The notes: generated by a model not told the origin, from the letters alone. DNA of 46,985 nucleotides from Candidatus Latescibacterota bacterium (GCA_965205655.1 CBDBIJ010000046.1:1-46985), one strand, 5' to 3'. Counted from the first letter of the stretch, positions 20,522-31,743 are shown. Translations and numbers: made by a program.

Positions 20522-20659
20522 GCCTCGGTTCGCGTCGCGGCTGAGATCTCACCCCGGAAGCGGCCGGCCGGACCGGTCGGCGCATCCGCATATGACGCAC
20601 ACCGCTGGCACCTGCGGCGGTCTTCTTCCCACAACAGTAGCGACCGCTTCCTTTACGGC

Positions 20660-21259
20660 ATGCTCGTAGGCATTACCGGGAGTATCGGTGTCGGCAAAAC
20701 CACCCTCGCCAGAATGCTGGAAAGGATGGGTGCCAGACTGATCGAGGCCGATCCGATCGGTCACGAGGTCATCGAGCTGCACGAGGTCCGGGCCAAACTC
20801 AAAGAGGTATTTGGAGCGGACATCGAAAGCCGCGAAGGGCGAATCGATCGACGTGAACTGGGCAGAAGGGCTTTCGCAGATGATTCGAGCCGAAGCCAGC
20901 TAAACCGGATTGTCCAACCGCCGCTCAATGACGAGCTGTGGCGGCGCGTAGAGGAGGCGTCCCGGGAAGTAGGAGAGCGTGGAGTCGTCATCGTCGACGC
21001 CGCGCTCATATTGGAATGGGGCCAGGAAGGTTCGTTCGACGCGCTCGTCGTCGTCGTGGCTGACGAGTCGCAAATGGTGGCTCGACTCGAGAATGCGAGG
21101 GGGCTGAGCGAATCCGAGATCCGGGAGCGCATGGCCGCGCAGAGTTCATCGGCGCGCAAAGTTGCGCGCGCGGACTTCGTCGTCGAGAACGACGGTGCCA
21201 TGAGCGATCTCGAAAATGCCGCTCGCCGGATCTGGCAGAGTTTGATGGATCGGAGGTGA
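20660..21259 (+). CDS. coaE: Dephospho-CoA kinase
   Basis: VGITGSIGVGKT, IDRRELG..F, DAALILE, ADFVVENDG. Confidence 0.93.
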   Translation: MLVGITGSIGVGKTTLARMLERMGARLIEADPIGHEVIELHEVRAKLKEVFGADIESREGRIDRRELGRRAFADDSSRSQLNRIVQPPLNDELWRRVEEASREVGERGVVIVDAALILEWGQEGSFDALVVVVADESQMVARLENARGLSESEIRERMAAQSSSARKVARADFVVENDGAMSDLENAARRIWQSLMDRR

Positions 21260-21265
21260 TCGCCT

Positions 21266-22456
21266 GTGGGTGCCGCGTCAGTGGCCGATGAGGATGTAGG
21301 CGAGCTCAAGAAAACGCCGTTACACGACGTGCACCTCGAAGATGGGGCGCGTATGGTGTCATTCGCGGGTTGGCACATGCCGCTGCAGTATGCCCAGGGC
21401 ATTCGGCAGGAGCATCTAGACGTGCGCGGCGATGCCGGTGTTTTCGACGTCTCTCACATGGGACGGCTTCGAGTGTCGGGAGCCGATTGCCTCGAATTCC
21501 TGCAACATCTCGTGCCGCGAGATGTATCCGGCCTCGAACCGGGACAGATGGCCTACGCCGTCATGTGCGCGGACGACGGAGGGATCCTGGACGACCTGGC
21601 GATCTACCGGCGGCGTGAAACCGAGTGTCATCTGGTCGTCAACGCCTCGCGACTCAGCGAAGATATTCGCTGGATACGGTCGCGGGCTCAGGGCTGGACG
21701 GGGGTCGAAACTCTCGACTACACCGCGGAAAGTAGCATGCTGGCTCTCCAGGGGCCACGCTCCGAAGAGATCGCCGTTTCCCTTCTCGGGCCTCACATCG
21801 GCCGCTTGAGGTACTTCCGCTTTGCGAGCGCCGTTTTCGAGGGCGAGCAGATCCAGGTGAGCCGAAGCGGCTATACCGGGGAAGACGGTTTCGAGATCAT
21901 CTGCAACCGCGATTCGGTCTCTGCCCTGTGGAGAGCGGCGCGCTCCATGGGCGCCAACCCGATCGGGCTGGGCGCTCGCGACACGCTTCGCACGGAGATG
22001 GGATACTGTCTGTACGGTCAGGAACTGGACGAGTCGACGACTCCGATCGAGGCGGGCTTGGATTGGACCTTGAATTTGGACAAGACCGCACCCTTTCCCG
22101 GCAAGCAGGTGTTGCACGCGGCCATGTCACAGGGAGGTCGCAGCAGGCTGATCGGTCTCAGCTCCGAGGGAAGAGCCATTCCCAGGCCCGGAAGCAGAGT
22201 CATGGCGGAGCAGTCCTGTGTCGGACGTGTCTCCAGCGGCACCTACTCTCCGACTCTCGAACGGGGAATCGCCCTGGCCTTCATCGAGCCGTCTCACCAG
22301 TCGGTGGGGACCTTGCTACACATCGAGATGCGCGGGCGCCTCTGGCCGGTTCGAGTCAGCTCCCTGCCCTTCGTCCCACCCCGGGTCAAACGATCGAAAA
22401 GGCGCCGATCCCTTCGCCGACCGCTCCATAGCGTGGCGCGGCAAGGGAAAGACTGA
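21266..22456 (+). CDS. gcvT: Glycine cleavage system aminomethyltransferase T
   Basis: [52 protein letters not shown]. Confidence 0.96.
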   Translation: MGAASVADEDVGELKKTPLHDVHLEDGARMVSFAGWHMPLQYAQGIRQEHLDVRGDAGVFDVSHMGRLRVSGADCLEFLQHLVPRDVSGLEPGQMAYAVMCADDGGILDDLAIYRRRETECHLVVNASRLSEDIRWIRSRAQGWTGVETLDYTAESSMLALQGPRSEEIAVSLLGPHIGRLRYFRFASAVFEGEQIQVSRSGYTGEDGFEIICNRDSVSALWRAARSMGANPIGLGARDTLRTEMGYCLYGQELDESTTPIEAGLDWTLNLDKTAPFPGKQVLHAAMSQGGRSRLIGLSSEGRAIPRPGSRVMAEQSCVGRVSSGTYSPTLERGIALAFIEPSHQSVGTLLHIEMRGRLWPVRVSSLPFVPPRVKRSKRRRSLRRPLHSVARQGKD

Positions 22457-22461
22457 CGACG

Positions 22462-25317
22462 ATGAGCGATTCCGAGACTTTCGATTCCTTCGCGCCCCGC
22501 CACATCGGCCCCGACAAGCGCGCGATTGAGGAGATGCTCCTCGCCCTCGGGGAGCGCAGCCTCGACGACCTCGTCGACAAGGTTGTGCCCTCCTCGATCC
22601 GCTCCAAGGGGAGTCTGGCGCTGAGTGAGGCTGTGAGCGAGTACGCCCTGCTGCAGGAGTTGAGGGGCATAGGCGCACAGAACGTTCAGGCGAGATCCTT
22701 CATCGGCATGGGATATTCGGATTGCATCACGCCACCTGTCATTCAGCGAAACATTCTCGAAAACCCAGCCTGGTACACCCAGTACACGCCATATCAGTCA
22801 GAGATATCCCAGGGGCGGCTCGAAGCGCTGCTGAATTTCCAGACGATGATCATCGATCTGACCGGCATGGAAATCGCCAACGCGTCGTTGCTGGACGAGG
22901 GCACTGCAGCAGCGGAGGCGATGGCGATGATGCACAGTCTGCGAAAACGAAAATCAGCCAGCCGCTTCTTCGTCTCCGACGTCTGTCATCCTCAGACGAT
23001 CGCCGTCATCCGAACTCGCGCGTGGTCGAGAGGCTGGAATGTCGAAATTGGAGATCACCGCGACTTCGATCTCGATCACAGCTTCTTCGGCGCCTTGCTC
23101 CAGGTACCCTGCACCAGGGGTAGCGTATACGACTATGAGGAATTCTGCGCCAGGGTCCACGACGCCGGAGCCACACTAGCGGTGGCATGCGATCCTCTGG
23201 CGCTCACCCTGATGAAGCCCCCTGGGGAGTGCGACGCCGATGTCGTGATCGGCAGCACTCAGCGGCTCGGAATGCCCATGGCATGCGGTGGCCCCCACGC
23301 TGCTTACTTCGCTACGCGCGAGCGCTTCAAGCGGCAAGTACCCGGCCGCGTCATCGGGGTCACCGTGGACGGGACCGGCAAATACGCTCTTCGAATGGCG
23401 CTTCAAACCCGTGAACAGCACATCAGACGCGAGAAGGCGACAAGCAATATCTGCACTGCCCAGGTGCTACCCGCGGTCGTCGCCAGTATGTATAGCGTCT
23501 ACCATGGAGCAGAGGGGCTCAGTCGAATCGCCGAGCGCATCCACGGACTCACCGTGGAGCTGGCCAGGCGAGTTGAATCCGAATCAGCGTTGCAGATCGC
23601 ACACCGGTCCTTCTTCGATACCGTCTGCATCCGAGGTGAGCGAGATGCCATCCACGCCACCCTATATCGGGCCGGTAGGCGCGCCGTGAACCTGCGCCGC
23701 ATCGATTCCAACCACATCGGCATCAGCTTGGACGAGGTCAGCGACGAAGCCGACGTAAATCTGCTGTGCGATCTGTTCGCCGTCGGGCGCGGACCTGCGA
23801 AGGGGAGCGATCGGTTCGCATGGAAACAGTCTCTTCATCGTCAGAGCCTCTACCTCACCCATCCGGTTTTTCAGCGTCATCGCTCAGAGACTGAGATTCT
23901 GCGCTACATGCGCCGTTTGGACGCCCGGGATCTCTCGCTGACGACGTCGATGATTCCACTCGGGTCGTGTACGATGAAGCTGAACGGCACCGCCGAAATG
24001 ATGCCGATTACGTGGCCGGAGTTCGCCCGTGTACATCCCTTTGCTCCGCCTGAGCAGCTGGCTGGATATCAGCGCATCATCGGCGAACTCTCCGACATGC
24101 TGGCCGACATCACCGGACTGGCCGCGGTGTCGCTGCAACCAAACGCGGGATCGCAGGGCGAGTACGCGGGCCTCCTGGCGGTGCGCCGATTCCAGGAGGC
24201 GAGAGGCGAAAGCGGACGGTCAGTGTGTCTCATTCCAGCTTCCGCTCACGGCACGAATCCAGCCAGTGCGACGATGGCTGGACTCGAGGTAGTGGTCGTG
24301 TCCTGCGACGAGGCGGGTAACGTGGACCTCGGGGACCTGAGATCAAAGGCGTCCGCCCATCGAGAGGACCTGGCGGCGCTCATGATCACCTATCCATCGA
24401 CACACGGGGTGTTCGAGGAGGGAATCTCCGACATCTGTGCCGTGGTGCACGAATCTGGCGGACAGGTGTACATGGATGGGGCGAACATGAATGCGCTCGT
24501 CGGCCTCTGCAAGCCCGCTGAGATCGGCATCGACGTGTGCCACCTGAATCTCCACAAGACGTTCTGTATTCCTCATGGCGGGGGCGGTCCCGGCATGGGA
24601 CCGATCGCAGTGGCCGCTCATCTGGCGGACTTCCTGCCGAATCATCCATTGGTCCCCACTGGGGGACAGAGCGCCGTCGGACCGGTTGCTTCCGCCCCTT
24701 ACAGCAGCGCGCTCATTCTGCTCATTTCATGGGCGTACCTGAAATTGATGGGACCAACCGGAATCGAATCCGCGAGCAGGACTGCCATCCTCAGCGCCAA
24801 CTATCTCGCCAGACGGCTGGACGAGCATTATCCGGTCCTGTTCAAAGGGCGTGAGGGATTCGTCGCTCATGAAGCCATCCTTGATCTGCGGGCTTTCAAG
24901 TCGAGCGTCGGCATCGATGTAGAGGACGTAGCCAAGCGTCTGATGGATTACGGATTCCACGCCCCGACCGTCCATTTCCCGGTGCCAGGGACTGTCATGG
25001 TGGAACCGACGGAAAGTGAATCAAAGGCGGAATTGGACCGCTTCTGCGAAGCGATGATCTCGATTCGGGAGGAGATACGGGAGATAGAGCGGGGGGAGAT
25101 GGACGCCACGGACAATGTGCTGAAAAACGCCCCTCATACGATCGAAGCGGTCGTGGACTCTGCGTGGTCTCACCCCTATCCCCGCGAAAAAGGAGCGATG
25201 CCCGCAGCGTGGCTGCACGAACACAAGTACTGGCCGCCAGTGGCGCGCGTCGACAATGCACACGGCGACCGTCACCTGGTCTGTGCCTGTCCTCCCCCCG
25301 ACGGCTTTCAATCCTGA
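22462..25317 (+). CDS. gcvP: Glycine dehydrogenase (decarboxylating), single-chain P protein
   Basis: [52 protein letters not shown] (PLP Lys), DYGFHAPT. Confidence 0.98.
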   Translation: MSDSETFDSFAPRHIGPDKRAIEEMLLALGERSLDDLVDKVVPSSIRSKGSLALSEAVSEYALLQELRGIGAQNVQARSFIGMGYSDCITPPVIQRNILENPAWYTQYTPYQSEISQGRLEALLNFQTMIIDLTGMEIANASLLDEGTAAAEAMAMMHSLRKRKSASRFFVSDVCHPQTIAVIRTRAWSRGWNVEIGDHRDFDLDHSFFGALLQVPCTRGSVYDYEEFCARVHDAGATLAVACDPLALTLMKPPGECDADVVIGSTQRLGMPMACGGPHAAYFATRERFKRQVPGRVIGVTVDGTGKYALRMALQTREQHIRREKATSNICTAQVLPAVVASMYSVYHGAEGLSRIAERIHGLTVELARRVESESALQIAHRSFFDTVCIRGERDAIHATLYRAGRRAVNLRRIDSNHIGISLDEVSDEADVNLLCDLFAVGRGPAKGSDRFAWKQSLHRQSLYLTHPVFQRHRSETEILRYMRRLDARDLSLTTSMIPLGSCTMKLNGTAEMMPITWPEFARVHPFAPPEQLAGYQRIIGELSDMLADITGLAAVSLQPNAGSQGEYAGLLAVRRFQEARGESGRSVCLIPASAHGTNPASATMAGLEVVVVSCDEAGNVDLGDLRSKASAHREDLAALMITYPSTHGVFEEGISDICAVVHESGGQVYMDGANMNALVGLCKPAEIGIDVCHLNLHKTFCIPHGGGGPGMGPIAVAAHLADFLPNHPLVPTGGQSAVGPVASAPYSSALILLISWAYLKLMGPTGIESASRTAILSANYLARRLDEHYPVLFKGREGFVAHEAILDLRAFKSSVGIDVEDVAKRLMDYGFHAPTVHFPVPGTVMVEPTESESKAELDRFCEAMISIREEIREIERGEMDATDNVLKNAPHTIEAVVDSAWSHPYPREKGAMPAAWLHEHKYWPPVARVDNAHGDRHLVCACPPPDGFQS

Positions 25318-26084
25318 AGATCGATCCGCCTGTCGGTCTCCTCGAGCGGTGGCAGCGCGCCGTGGCGAAGGGCAAACTTGCGGATCTGAGAGCAGAGCTT
25401 GTGAATGACCTTGACGTCTCGGGGCTCGAGCGGCGACCGGCTCAGCACACGGCGCAGGACACGATCGAAATTGGAAGGGTCGTCGTTGAACGGCCTGAAC
25501 TCGACAATCTCCATGACCCCGTGGAGATCATCGACGAGGCGCTCCAACTCGGCTCCGGTCGCCAGCTGTCGGCGCGGTGTTCGCACAACACTCCCGCTGA
25601 GACGAAACAGCTCGTAGACGATGAGCAGAACGGCGTGGGACAGGTTGAATGACGGATAGGACACGGCAGAGGGAATTCGCACGAGCCGCTGGCACAACTC
25701 GATCTCCCTTCTCCACAGGCCATCGCGCTCGCGTCCGAAGACGATGGCCACGTGGTTGTGGCTGGCCAGTGAGGCGCCCTCTTCCAGGACGTGCAGATGG
25801 TCCTCGTCGACTTCACGAAAGCGTCCTTGTCGGTGCGTCGTGCCGACCGCGAACTGGACGTCTGCCAGAGCTGAAGCGAGATCGGCATAAACGTCGCAGT
25901 GGTCGAGCACTTCGACCGAGCCGTGGGCCATCCAGCGGGCTTCCTCGCCGTCCCATCCGCAAACGGGGTTGACCAGCCGCAGTCGCGATAGACCAGTGTT
26001 TTTGAGAACCCTCGCAACGGCGCCGATGTTGCCCGGCGCGGCGGGTTCCACCAGTACGACAGAAATGTTGTCCTTGATATCCAC
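25308..26084 (-). CDS. SPOUT RNA methyltransferase, TrmJ/LasT family
   Basis: [40 protein letters not shown] start at 26084 inferred. Confidence 0.9.
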   Translation of the reverse strand: MDIKDNISVVLVEPAAPGNIGAVARVLKNTGLSRLRLVNPVCGWDGEEARWMAHGSVEVLDHCDVYADLASALADVQFAVGTTHRQGRFREVDEDHLHVLEEGASLASHNHVAIVFGRERDGLWRREIELCQRLVRIPSAVSYPSFNLSHAVLLIVYELFRLSGSVVRTPRRQLATGAELERLVDDLHGVMEIVEFRPFNDDPSNFDRVLRRVLSRSPLEPRDVKVIHKLCSQIRKFALRHGALPPLEETDRRIDLQD

Positions 26085-26169
26085 GCCTGCGGGGTGAACG
26101 TAGGCGGTGTGGCAGGCGCAGGCAACGGGCAACCGCGTTGCCGAGCACTGCTGGGCGGTCGGCTATTGC

Positions 26170-27483
26170 ATGAACGGCGACTTTCAAACGATCCAGCTCG
26201 CGACAGGCGTGCGCCTCAGTCATCATCGCACACGGCGATTCAAAACGACGAGAATAGACGTTTTCATCCAGTTTCCCCTCGAGCGAGGACGCAACACCAG
26301 AGTCGCTCTCCTGAGTCGGATGCTGGAGCGAGGCACCGCCAGGCTTCCGGACCTGCGCGCTCTCAACAGGTTCGTCGATGGGCTGCACGGGGCTTCTTTC
26401 GGATCTGGCGTGTCGCAGTTCGGGGACAGGCAGGTCATTCAACTCAGCATGGAGATGGCCAGCGATCACCTCGTTCCGGCCGGAGGTGATCAACTCGTCA
26501 AGGGAGTGTCGTTTCTCAAGGAGGTGCTCTGCGAGCCGCTCAAGGAGGGGTGCGGCTTTCCACCTCGGACGCTGGACCAGGAGAAGGCTGCACTCCGGCA
26601 AGCGATCGCTGGGTTGTTCAGCGACAAGGCAGCACTTGCACGGCGTCGCTGCATCGAGGAGATGTGTCCCGATGAGCCATGCGGTGTGTCGGCTCTGGGC
26701 GAGGTCATCGATCTTCCTCAGATCGATGCGCAGTCCCTGTTCAACTTTTACAAGAGAGCCTTACGAGACAACGAGGTCGATCTCTACATTGTCGGCGAGC
26801 TGGACCCCGGGCGTGCGGAGGAGATCTGCCGGACACACTTCGATTGGCGCCGAGAGCGGCCTGCCGGCTCAGGCGGGCACGCCTCCATACAGCCGAGGCC
26901 GGGCTCTCCGACTCCAGACGTACGCCGCATCGACGAAACCCAGGATGTCCAGCAGGGTAGGGTGGTGCTGGGGTATCGGACAGGCGTGCGCTTCGATGAC
27001 CCTCAGTACGCGGCGCTTGCTCTGTTCAACCAGCTCCTGGGTGGAGATGCGAATTCGAGGCTATATCGAAATCTTCGCGAGACAGCCGGGCTCTGCTACC
27101 ACGCGGGGTCCTTCATCGAGCCCTCGTGCGGCCTTATGCTTGTCGAAGCCAGCGTCGATTCGCCTGACTGTGACGAGGCATTGAAGCACATGGAAGCGGA
27201 GGTGGCGGCCATCCGGAGGGGGGAAATCGGGGATGACGAATTGAACCGGGCGCGCCGTGCAACTCTCAACAGACTGCGATCGATCGATGAGGATCGTGAC
27301 GGGTTGATCAGATTTCACTACGCCCGGGGCCTGGCACGAGCCTCCCGGAACCGTTTGGAGTTGGAGCGCCGCGTGTTCGACGTGACTGCCGCAGACGTAA
27401 GTCGAGCTGCAGGCCACATCAAACTGGATGCCGTGTTCACGCTGCGGGCTCGAGCCGGCGAATCGGCGGATGGCTCATCCTAG
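26170..27483 (+). CDS. M16 family peptidase, inactive subunit (YmfF-like)
   Basis: RFKT, LERGT, LGGDANSRLYRNLRETAGLCY; no HxxEH. Confidence 0.85.
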   Translation: MNGDFQTIQLATGVRLSHHRTRRFKTTRIDVFIQFPLERGRNTRVALLSRMLERGTARLPDLRALNRFVDGLHGASFGSGVSQFGDRQVIQLSMEMASDHLVPAGGDQLVKGVSFLKEVLCEPLKEGCGFPPRTLDQEKAALRQAIAGLFSDKAALARRRCIEEMCPDEPCGVSALGEVIDLPQIDAQSLFNFYKRALRDNEVDLYIVGELDPGRAEEICRTHFDWRRERPAGSGGHASIQPRPGSPTPDVRRIDETQDVQQGRVVLGYRTGVRFDDPQYAALALFNQLLGGDANSRLYRNLRETAGLCYHAGSFIEPSCGLMLVEASVDSPDCDEALKHMEAEVAAIRRGEIGDDELNRARRATLNRLRSIDEDRDGLIRFHYARGLARASRNRLELERRVFDVTAADVSRAAGHIKLDAVFTLRARAGESADGSS

Positions 27484-28771
27484 CATGGAGAGGTTCCAGC
27501 AGCCCACATTGGGGGAGGAGGTCTTCGCGACAACCCTACCTCGAGGCTGTGATCTCTACGTCTATCCCGCAGAGCTGACACGCCGAAAATTCTTCCTGCT
27601 CTGCGTCGATTACGGGTCCGTCGATCTTTCCTTCATCGAGGCACAGACGGGACAGCTGCGACAATCGCCCCATGGTGTTGCGCACTTTCTGGAGCACCGC
27701 CTCTTCGAAAAGAGGTCGGGGGACATTACCGAGCGCTTCAGCGAGTTGGGCTCCGAAGTGGATGCCCAGACCTCGTTCACGAGTACGGAGTACGCAGTCA
27801 CTTGCTATGATAGCATGGAGGAAACCATCGCCCTTCTTCTCGAACTCGTTCTTTCGCCGCAATTTTCAGACGAGGGAGTGGCCCGAGAAAGAGAGATTAT
27901 TTCCCGAGAGATCGGTCTATTCGCCGAAGAGGTTGAGTGGGTCTCCTTCTCGAATGCCATGCGCTCCCTCTACCGGCAGCAGCCCGTGGGGATCGATGTG
28001 GCAGGCACGGTGGAGAGTCTGGAGCAGATTGACCGGGCAGCTCTGGAGCACTGCTACGAGACCTATTACCAGCCACACCGAATGAGCCTGTTTGCGTGCG
28101 GGGATGTCGACGTGTCTCAGGTATGCGAACGACTTTTCGACGTGTGGCGCAGTGACGTCGATCCGGCGTCGAGGAATCTGCCAGCGACCAGGTCACAGGC
28201 TGCCGCTGTGCCCGAGAGACACACGACGAAACTGAGTATCGCCCAGGCGCGGCTTTGCCTCGCCTTCCACGATCCACAAACGGGGTTGAGGGGAGAGGAG
28301 TTGCTCAAACGGGAGCTCTCCCTGGAGATCGCTCTCGACATTCTGTTCGGACCGGCGAGTGAATTTTACTCAAAGCAATACGAGTCCGGCGTAATCGATG
28401 CGGACAGCTTCGACTTCGATGTATTCGCCGCTCCCGAATTCTGTTTCTGTCATGTCAGCGGAGATTGCCGAGAGCCGGACAGACTCGAAGACGCGATCCT
28501 CGACGAGATGGAGCGCGCCGGTCACAGCGACATCGTCGCGCGAGACTTCGATCGTGCCATGCGCAAGGCCTACGGCGCACTGCTGCGCAGCTATGACGAC
28601 ATCGAGGACCGCGCCACCATGATATGCAACGAGGTGAGCATCGGCGCCCACCCATTCGCTTTCTTTCGAGCCTACGCCGAAACGAATGCGGAAAGCGTGC
28701 AATGCGCCCTCGGCGAGTGTCTCGACCCGGGTTCGTACGGCGCCGCTACCGTGTTGCCCATGAACGGGTGA
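27470..28771 (+). CDS. M16 family zinc peptidase (YmfH-like)
   Basis: YGSVD, GVAHFLEHRLFE (HxxEH), AQTSFTST, EREIISREI, IDVAGT. Confidence 0.9.
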   Translation: MAHPSMERFQQPTLGEEVFATTLPRGCDLYVYPAELTRRKFFLLCVDYGSVDLSFIEAQTGQLRQSPHGVAHFLEHRLFEKRSGDITERFSELGSEVDAQTSFTSTEYAVTCYDSMEETIALLLELVLSPQFSDEGVAREREIISREIGLFAEEVEWVSFSNAMRSLYRQQPVGIDVAGTVESLEQIDRAALEHCYETYYQPHRMSLFACGDVDVSQVCERLFDVWRSDVDPASRNLPATRSQAAAVPERHTTKLSIAQARLCLAFHDPQTGLRGEELLKRELSLEIALDILFGPASEFYSKQYESGVIDADSFDFDVFAAPEFCFCHVSGDCREPDRLEDAILDEMERAGHSDIVARDFDRAMRKAYGALLRSYDDIEDRATMICNEVSIGAHPFAFFRAYAETNAESVQCALGECLDPGSYGAATVLPMNG

Positions 28772-28779
28772 AATCCGCC

Positions 28780-29835
28780 ATGCCGGACGATAAACTTCGC
28801 GACTTTTACGTCACCTCGATCAGTGGATTCGAGGAAATCCTCCTGGATGATCTCAAGAGGCACCTTCCAGGGGCGAGTCGCTACCGCGCCGAGAAGGGCG
28901 GACGACAGGGTCGCATCTTTTTCCGATTTCCACGCAGCCCACGTCGCTTGTTGGAACTGCGGTCCGCGACGAACATCTTCGGGTTGCTCACTGACTTCCG
29001 CCCGGTCACTGCGGGCCGGCCAGGGTTGAAAAGACTGTGTGCGAAAATCGGACAACTGAATTTTCGAGCTGCTCGAAATCTTCTCGCCTCTTTTCGTACG
29101 GATGCAGATTCGAATCGCTTTCAGCTGCAAATCAGTCTTCGCGGTCATCACCGTTTTTCCAAGCAGGAGCTTCGCCGGGCAGTGTGTACGGCTCTCGAAC
29201 AGAGCCACAATCTGATGCCCGGGCGGGGCAAGAATGTGTTGCGGCTTCATCTGAAGGTCATGGACCGGCGCGCCCTATTCGGCGTGCAACTCGCCGCGCG
29301 CCGTTCGCCCGGGCGCATCGAACGAGAGGGTCTCACTGGCCCGCTCGCGTTTTGCCTGGGGCGGTTGCTGGGCCTTCGCGGCTGGGAGGTGGTCGTGCTG
29401 TGTTCATGCGGGGCCGGCGCGCTCGCCGAGATCTCCCACAGCGGCCCTCCGCGGCTATTGTTGGGATGCCAGCACAACTCGAGTCAATCGAGACATCCTG
29501 AACCGGACAGTCGGCCGGTGCCTGGCGCTGGCACGAATGTCATCATCACGTCGCCATGCAGCATCCCCGTCGCCACCTCAGCCGCCGATTGCGTCATCGC
29601 TGTGGGGGCTCGCGACATGCCATCGAGCGGACGCCCAGCGCTGCGTGAATACGCCCGGATTCTGCGACCGAATGGATTGGCCATGATCCTCACATCGCTC
29701 CCGGCTGAGCTGGTGCAGCTCCTGTTCGGCACGGATCTGCCCTTCGAGATTGCCGCGTCGCAGTCCATCCTTCTCGGTGGCCGCAGATACACTGTATTCG
29801 CCCTCGAGCGAACCGACCTGTTGACCCTTGAGTAG
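28780..29835 (+). CDS. THUMP-type RNA methyltransferase-like protein, degenerate
   Basis: GFEEIL..DL N-terminus, THUMP-like middle, CSCGAG at the SAM-loop position, EYARILRPNG. Confidence 0.55.
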   Translation: MPDDKLRDFYVTSISGFEEILLDDLKRHLPGASRYRAEKGGRQGRIFFRFPRSPRRLLELRSATNIFGLLTDFRPVTAGRPGLKRLCAKIGQLNFRAARNLLASFRTDADSNRFQLQISLRGHHRFSKQELRRAVCTALEQSHNLMPGRGKNVLRLHLKVMDRRALFGVQLAARRSPGRIEREGLTGPLAFCLGRLLGLRGWEVVVLCSCGAGALAEISHSGPPRLLLGCQHNSSQSRHPEPDSRPVPGAGTNVIITSPCSIPVATSAADCVIAVGARDMPSSGRPALREYARILRPNGLAMILTSLPAELVQLLFGTDLPFEIAASQSILLGGRRYTVFALERTDLLTLE

Positions 29836-29953
29836 GAGCCTGTTGCGGTGGTTTTCGCTCCGGGCACGAGATTTGCCGTATTGGCCGTTGGGCGCTCTCC
29901 GCGGGAGTTGGGTGTATGGGCCTTCGCCAGCGCGTGAGAATGTCGCAAGGGGT

Positions 29954-29982
29954 TGATTTTTATTGGGTTTTATGCTACCTTG
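29954..29982 (+). promoter_or_regulatory. Probable promoter of the FliN-like gene
   Basis: TTGATT-17 nt-TACCTT with TG extended -10, in an AT-rich patch; coordinates approximate. Confidence 0.45.
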
Positions 29983-30155
29983 GCCAAAGTGGTCGTGCCG
30001 AAATGGGACGCTGAGGCGAATGCCGCCTGTGACATGTCCGTGCCGGTGTAGGAGGGCGAATTTTCCACCCGGGGTAGTTCGAGCTGGCCGGCGCAATCCA
30101 GCCGGCATGAGGCAAATACAAAGGATCCGGAGGTCGATGAGACCTGGAGGTCAAC

Positions 30156-30710
30156 GTGGCTGAAAGTGGCCCTGACATAGGAGAAACAGTAGTGGAAGAG
30201 GCCACTCACCTGGACGAGCAACTCGATGCAGACCCCATTGAGGAGGTGGGAATCGCCGAGCCACAGGAGAGTCCTTTTCCGAGTGACTCAGGTTCAGGGG
30301 ACGGCGGCTCTCAGGACGGAGGCTCGGGGGTAGAGGAGGCGCTCAGGGCCTGGGAGGCAGGCGGCCACGCTACCGAGGAGCTTGATGAGGATGACCAGGT
30401 AAGACCCGTCCGGTTTGGGCAGCTGGAAGAGACCGAGCCGCCGCCCACGAAACCACGGGTGAGCCGGCTCAATAACGTCTATATCGACATAATCGTTGAG
30501 CTGGGTCGAAAAGAGATGACGGTGCGGGAGCTGACAAACCTCAAGGAGCAGGAGGTCATCGAACTCGACAAACTCGCCGGCGAATCGTTTGACATCCTCG
30601 TCAACGACCGTCCTTTCGCGGAGGGCGAGATCGTCGTCATCACCGACATGATGGCCGTCCGTCTGACAAAAATGGTCGAGAACGCCTCCGCGGAAGACGA
30701 GTTTGAGTGA
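30156..30710 (+). CDS. FliN/SpoA-domain (C-ring switch-like) protein with acidic N-terminus
   Basis: IIVELGRKEMTVREL..VIELDKLAGESFDILVNDRPFAEGEIVVI..AVRLT is the FliN/FliM C-terminal SpoA domain; RBS GGAGG. Confidence 0.85.
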   Translation: MAESGPDIGETVVEEATHLDEQLDADPIEEVGIAEPQESPFPSDSGSGDGGSQDGGSGVEEALRAWEAGGHATEELDEDDQVRPVRFGQLEETEPPPTKPRVSRLNNVYIDIIVELGRKEMTVRELTNLKEQEVIELDKLAGESFDILVNDRPFAEGEIVVITDMMAVRLTKMVENASAEDEFE

Positions 30711-30719
30711 GGGTGCGCC

Positions 30720-31142
30720 TCAGGCACTTGGTGGCACCCATTTCCGACCTTTTACAGCGTTTCGCTTCAGGGCGGTAGTGATGATCCGATTCAGCTCGCT
30801 CGCCTCGATCGGAAACTGGACAAACCCTTCGTAGCGCACTTCCTTTCTCATTCGTTTCAATCGCAGTCGCGTCAGCTGGTCGAGGGGGACAGGAGTGTGG
30901 ATGACGATGGGAATATCGCCAGTAGCGGGATGGTTCTTTATCGTCTTGAAGAATTCGAGGCCGTCCGCACCGGGGATGAACAAATCGAGGAATATCAGAT
31001 CTGGTCGCCGCTCGACCATCTTCTCCACGGCCGCGTAGGAACTCCCCGCAAAGCCGATCTCGTGGTTGCTGCGATGCCTGAGGATTCGCTCTATGTATCG
31101 CTGGCTCTGCGGATTGTCGTCGATCATCAGGATGTAGGCCAT
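30720..31142 (-). CDS. Single-domain response regulator (receiver)
   Basis: ILMIDD, PDLIFLDLFIPGADG, IPIVIHT; conserved Lys replaced (FVQFP); AAGGAAGG RBS before ATG 31142. Confidence 0.85.
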   Translation of the reverse strand: MAYILMIDDNPQSQRYIERILRHRSNHEIGFAGSSYAAVEKMVERRPDLIFLDLFIPGADGLEFFKTIKNHPATGDIPIVIHTPVPLDQLTRLRLKRMRKEVRYEGFVQFPIEASELNRIITTALKRNAVKGRKWVPPSA

Positions 31143-31743
31143 GGGTTCCTTCCTTCGCGCTGCACAACTCAATAAAACGGGCAGTCGCCAGAAACAGCAA
31201 GGGAATTTCGCCTGGCCGGCGACCAGGTCACTCAACTGGACGTCGAAGAGCTTCCCGCCCGCACTCGGGGCGACGCTGCTCTGGGCGGCGATGGCCGCTT
31301 GCGGATACGACATTGACTACGACGATGAACTCGGGGTAGAAGGTTCCCCTCAGTCCGCCGAGTACGAACTCGTCGTCATCGATGGCGATAAAGGGGAGGA
31401 GAGCTCGCGGCGCCGTGATTCGATTGCTTCCAGCCGCGGAAGCGAAACCGATGGTGCCACGGGAGAGGGGACCGAAGAAGGGCTCATCCTCTATGACGGC
31501 GAGGGTGAGTTCACGGTCCAGGTCGGTCTGTACGCCTCATCCCGTCAGGCTGGCGAGCGGGTCAGGGAATTGAGCACACAGGGGTATCCCGCCTACGCCA
31601 TCGCTGTGCCCTCAGGCGGTGGATTCCGCCTGAGGATAGGCTATTTCAAGACGCATCGGCAGGCCGAGCGATTTGGTGAGATTTTCAAGAAGGACACCGG
31701 CGCCGATTACTGGATTGATCGGCGCACGAACGAGATGCTATAG
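31141..31743 (+). CDS. SPOR-domain lipoprotein; true start downstream of 31141 and uncertain
   Basis: LLWAAMAAC lipobox-like; FTVQVG...GYPAY...FRLRIGYFKTHRQA SPOR domain. Confidence 0.75.
   Translation: MGSFLRAAQLNKTGSRQKQQGNFAWPATRSLNWTSKSFPPALGATLLWAAMAACGYDIDYDDELGVEGSPQSAEYELVVIDGDKGEESSRRRDSIASSRGSETDGATGEGTEEGLILYDGEGEFTVQVGLYASSRQAGERVRELSTQGYPAYAIAVPSGGGFRLRIGYFKTHRQAERFGEIFKKDTGADYWIDRRTNEML

Noticed and set aside
20522..20659. Glycine riboswitch for the gcv genes
   Set aside because: Hairpins are present but the GGAGA/CCGAAG/CTCTCAGG consensus is absent, and coaE intervenes.
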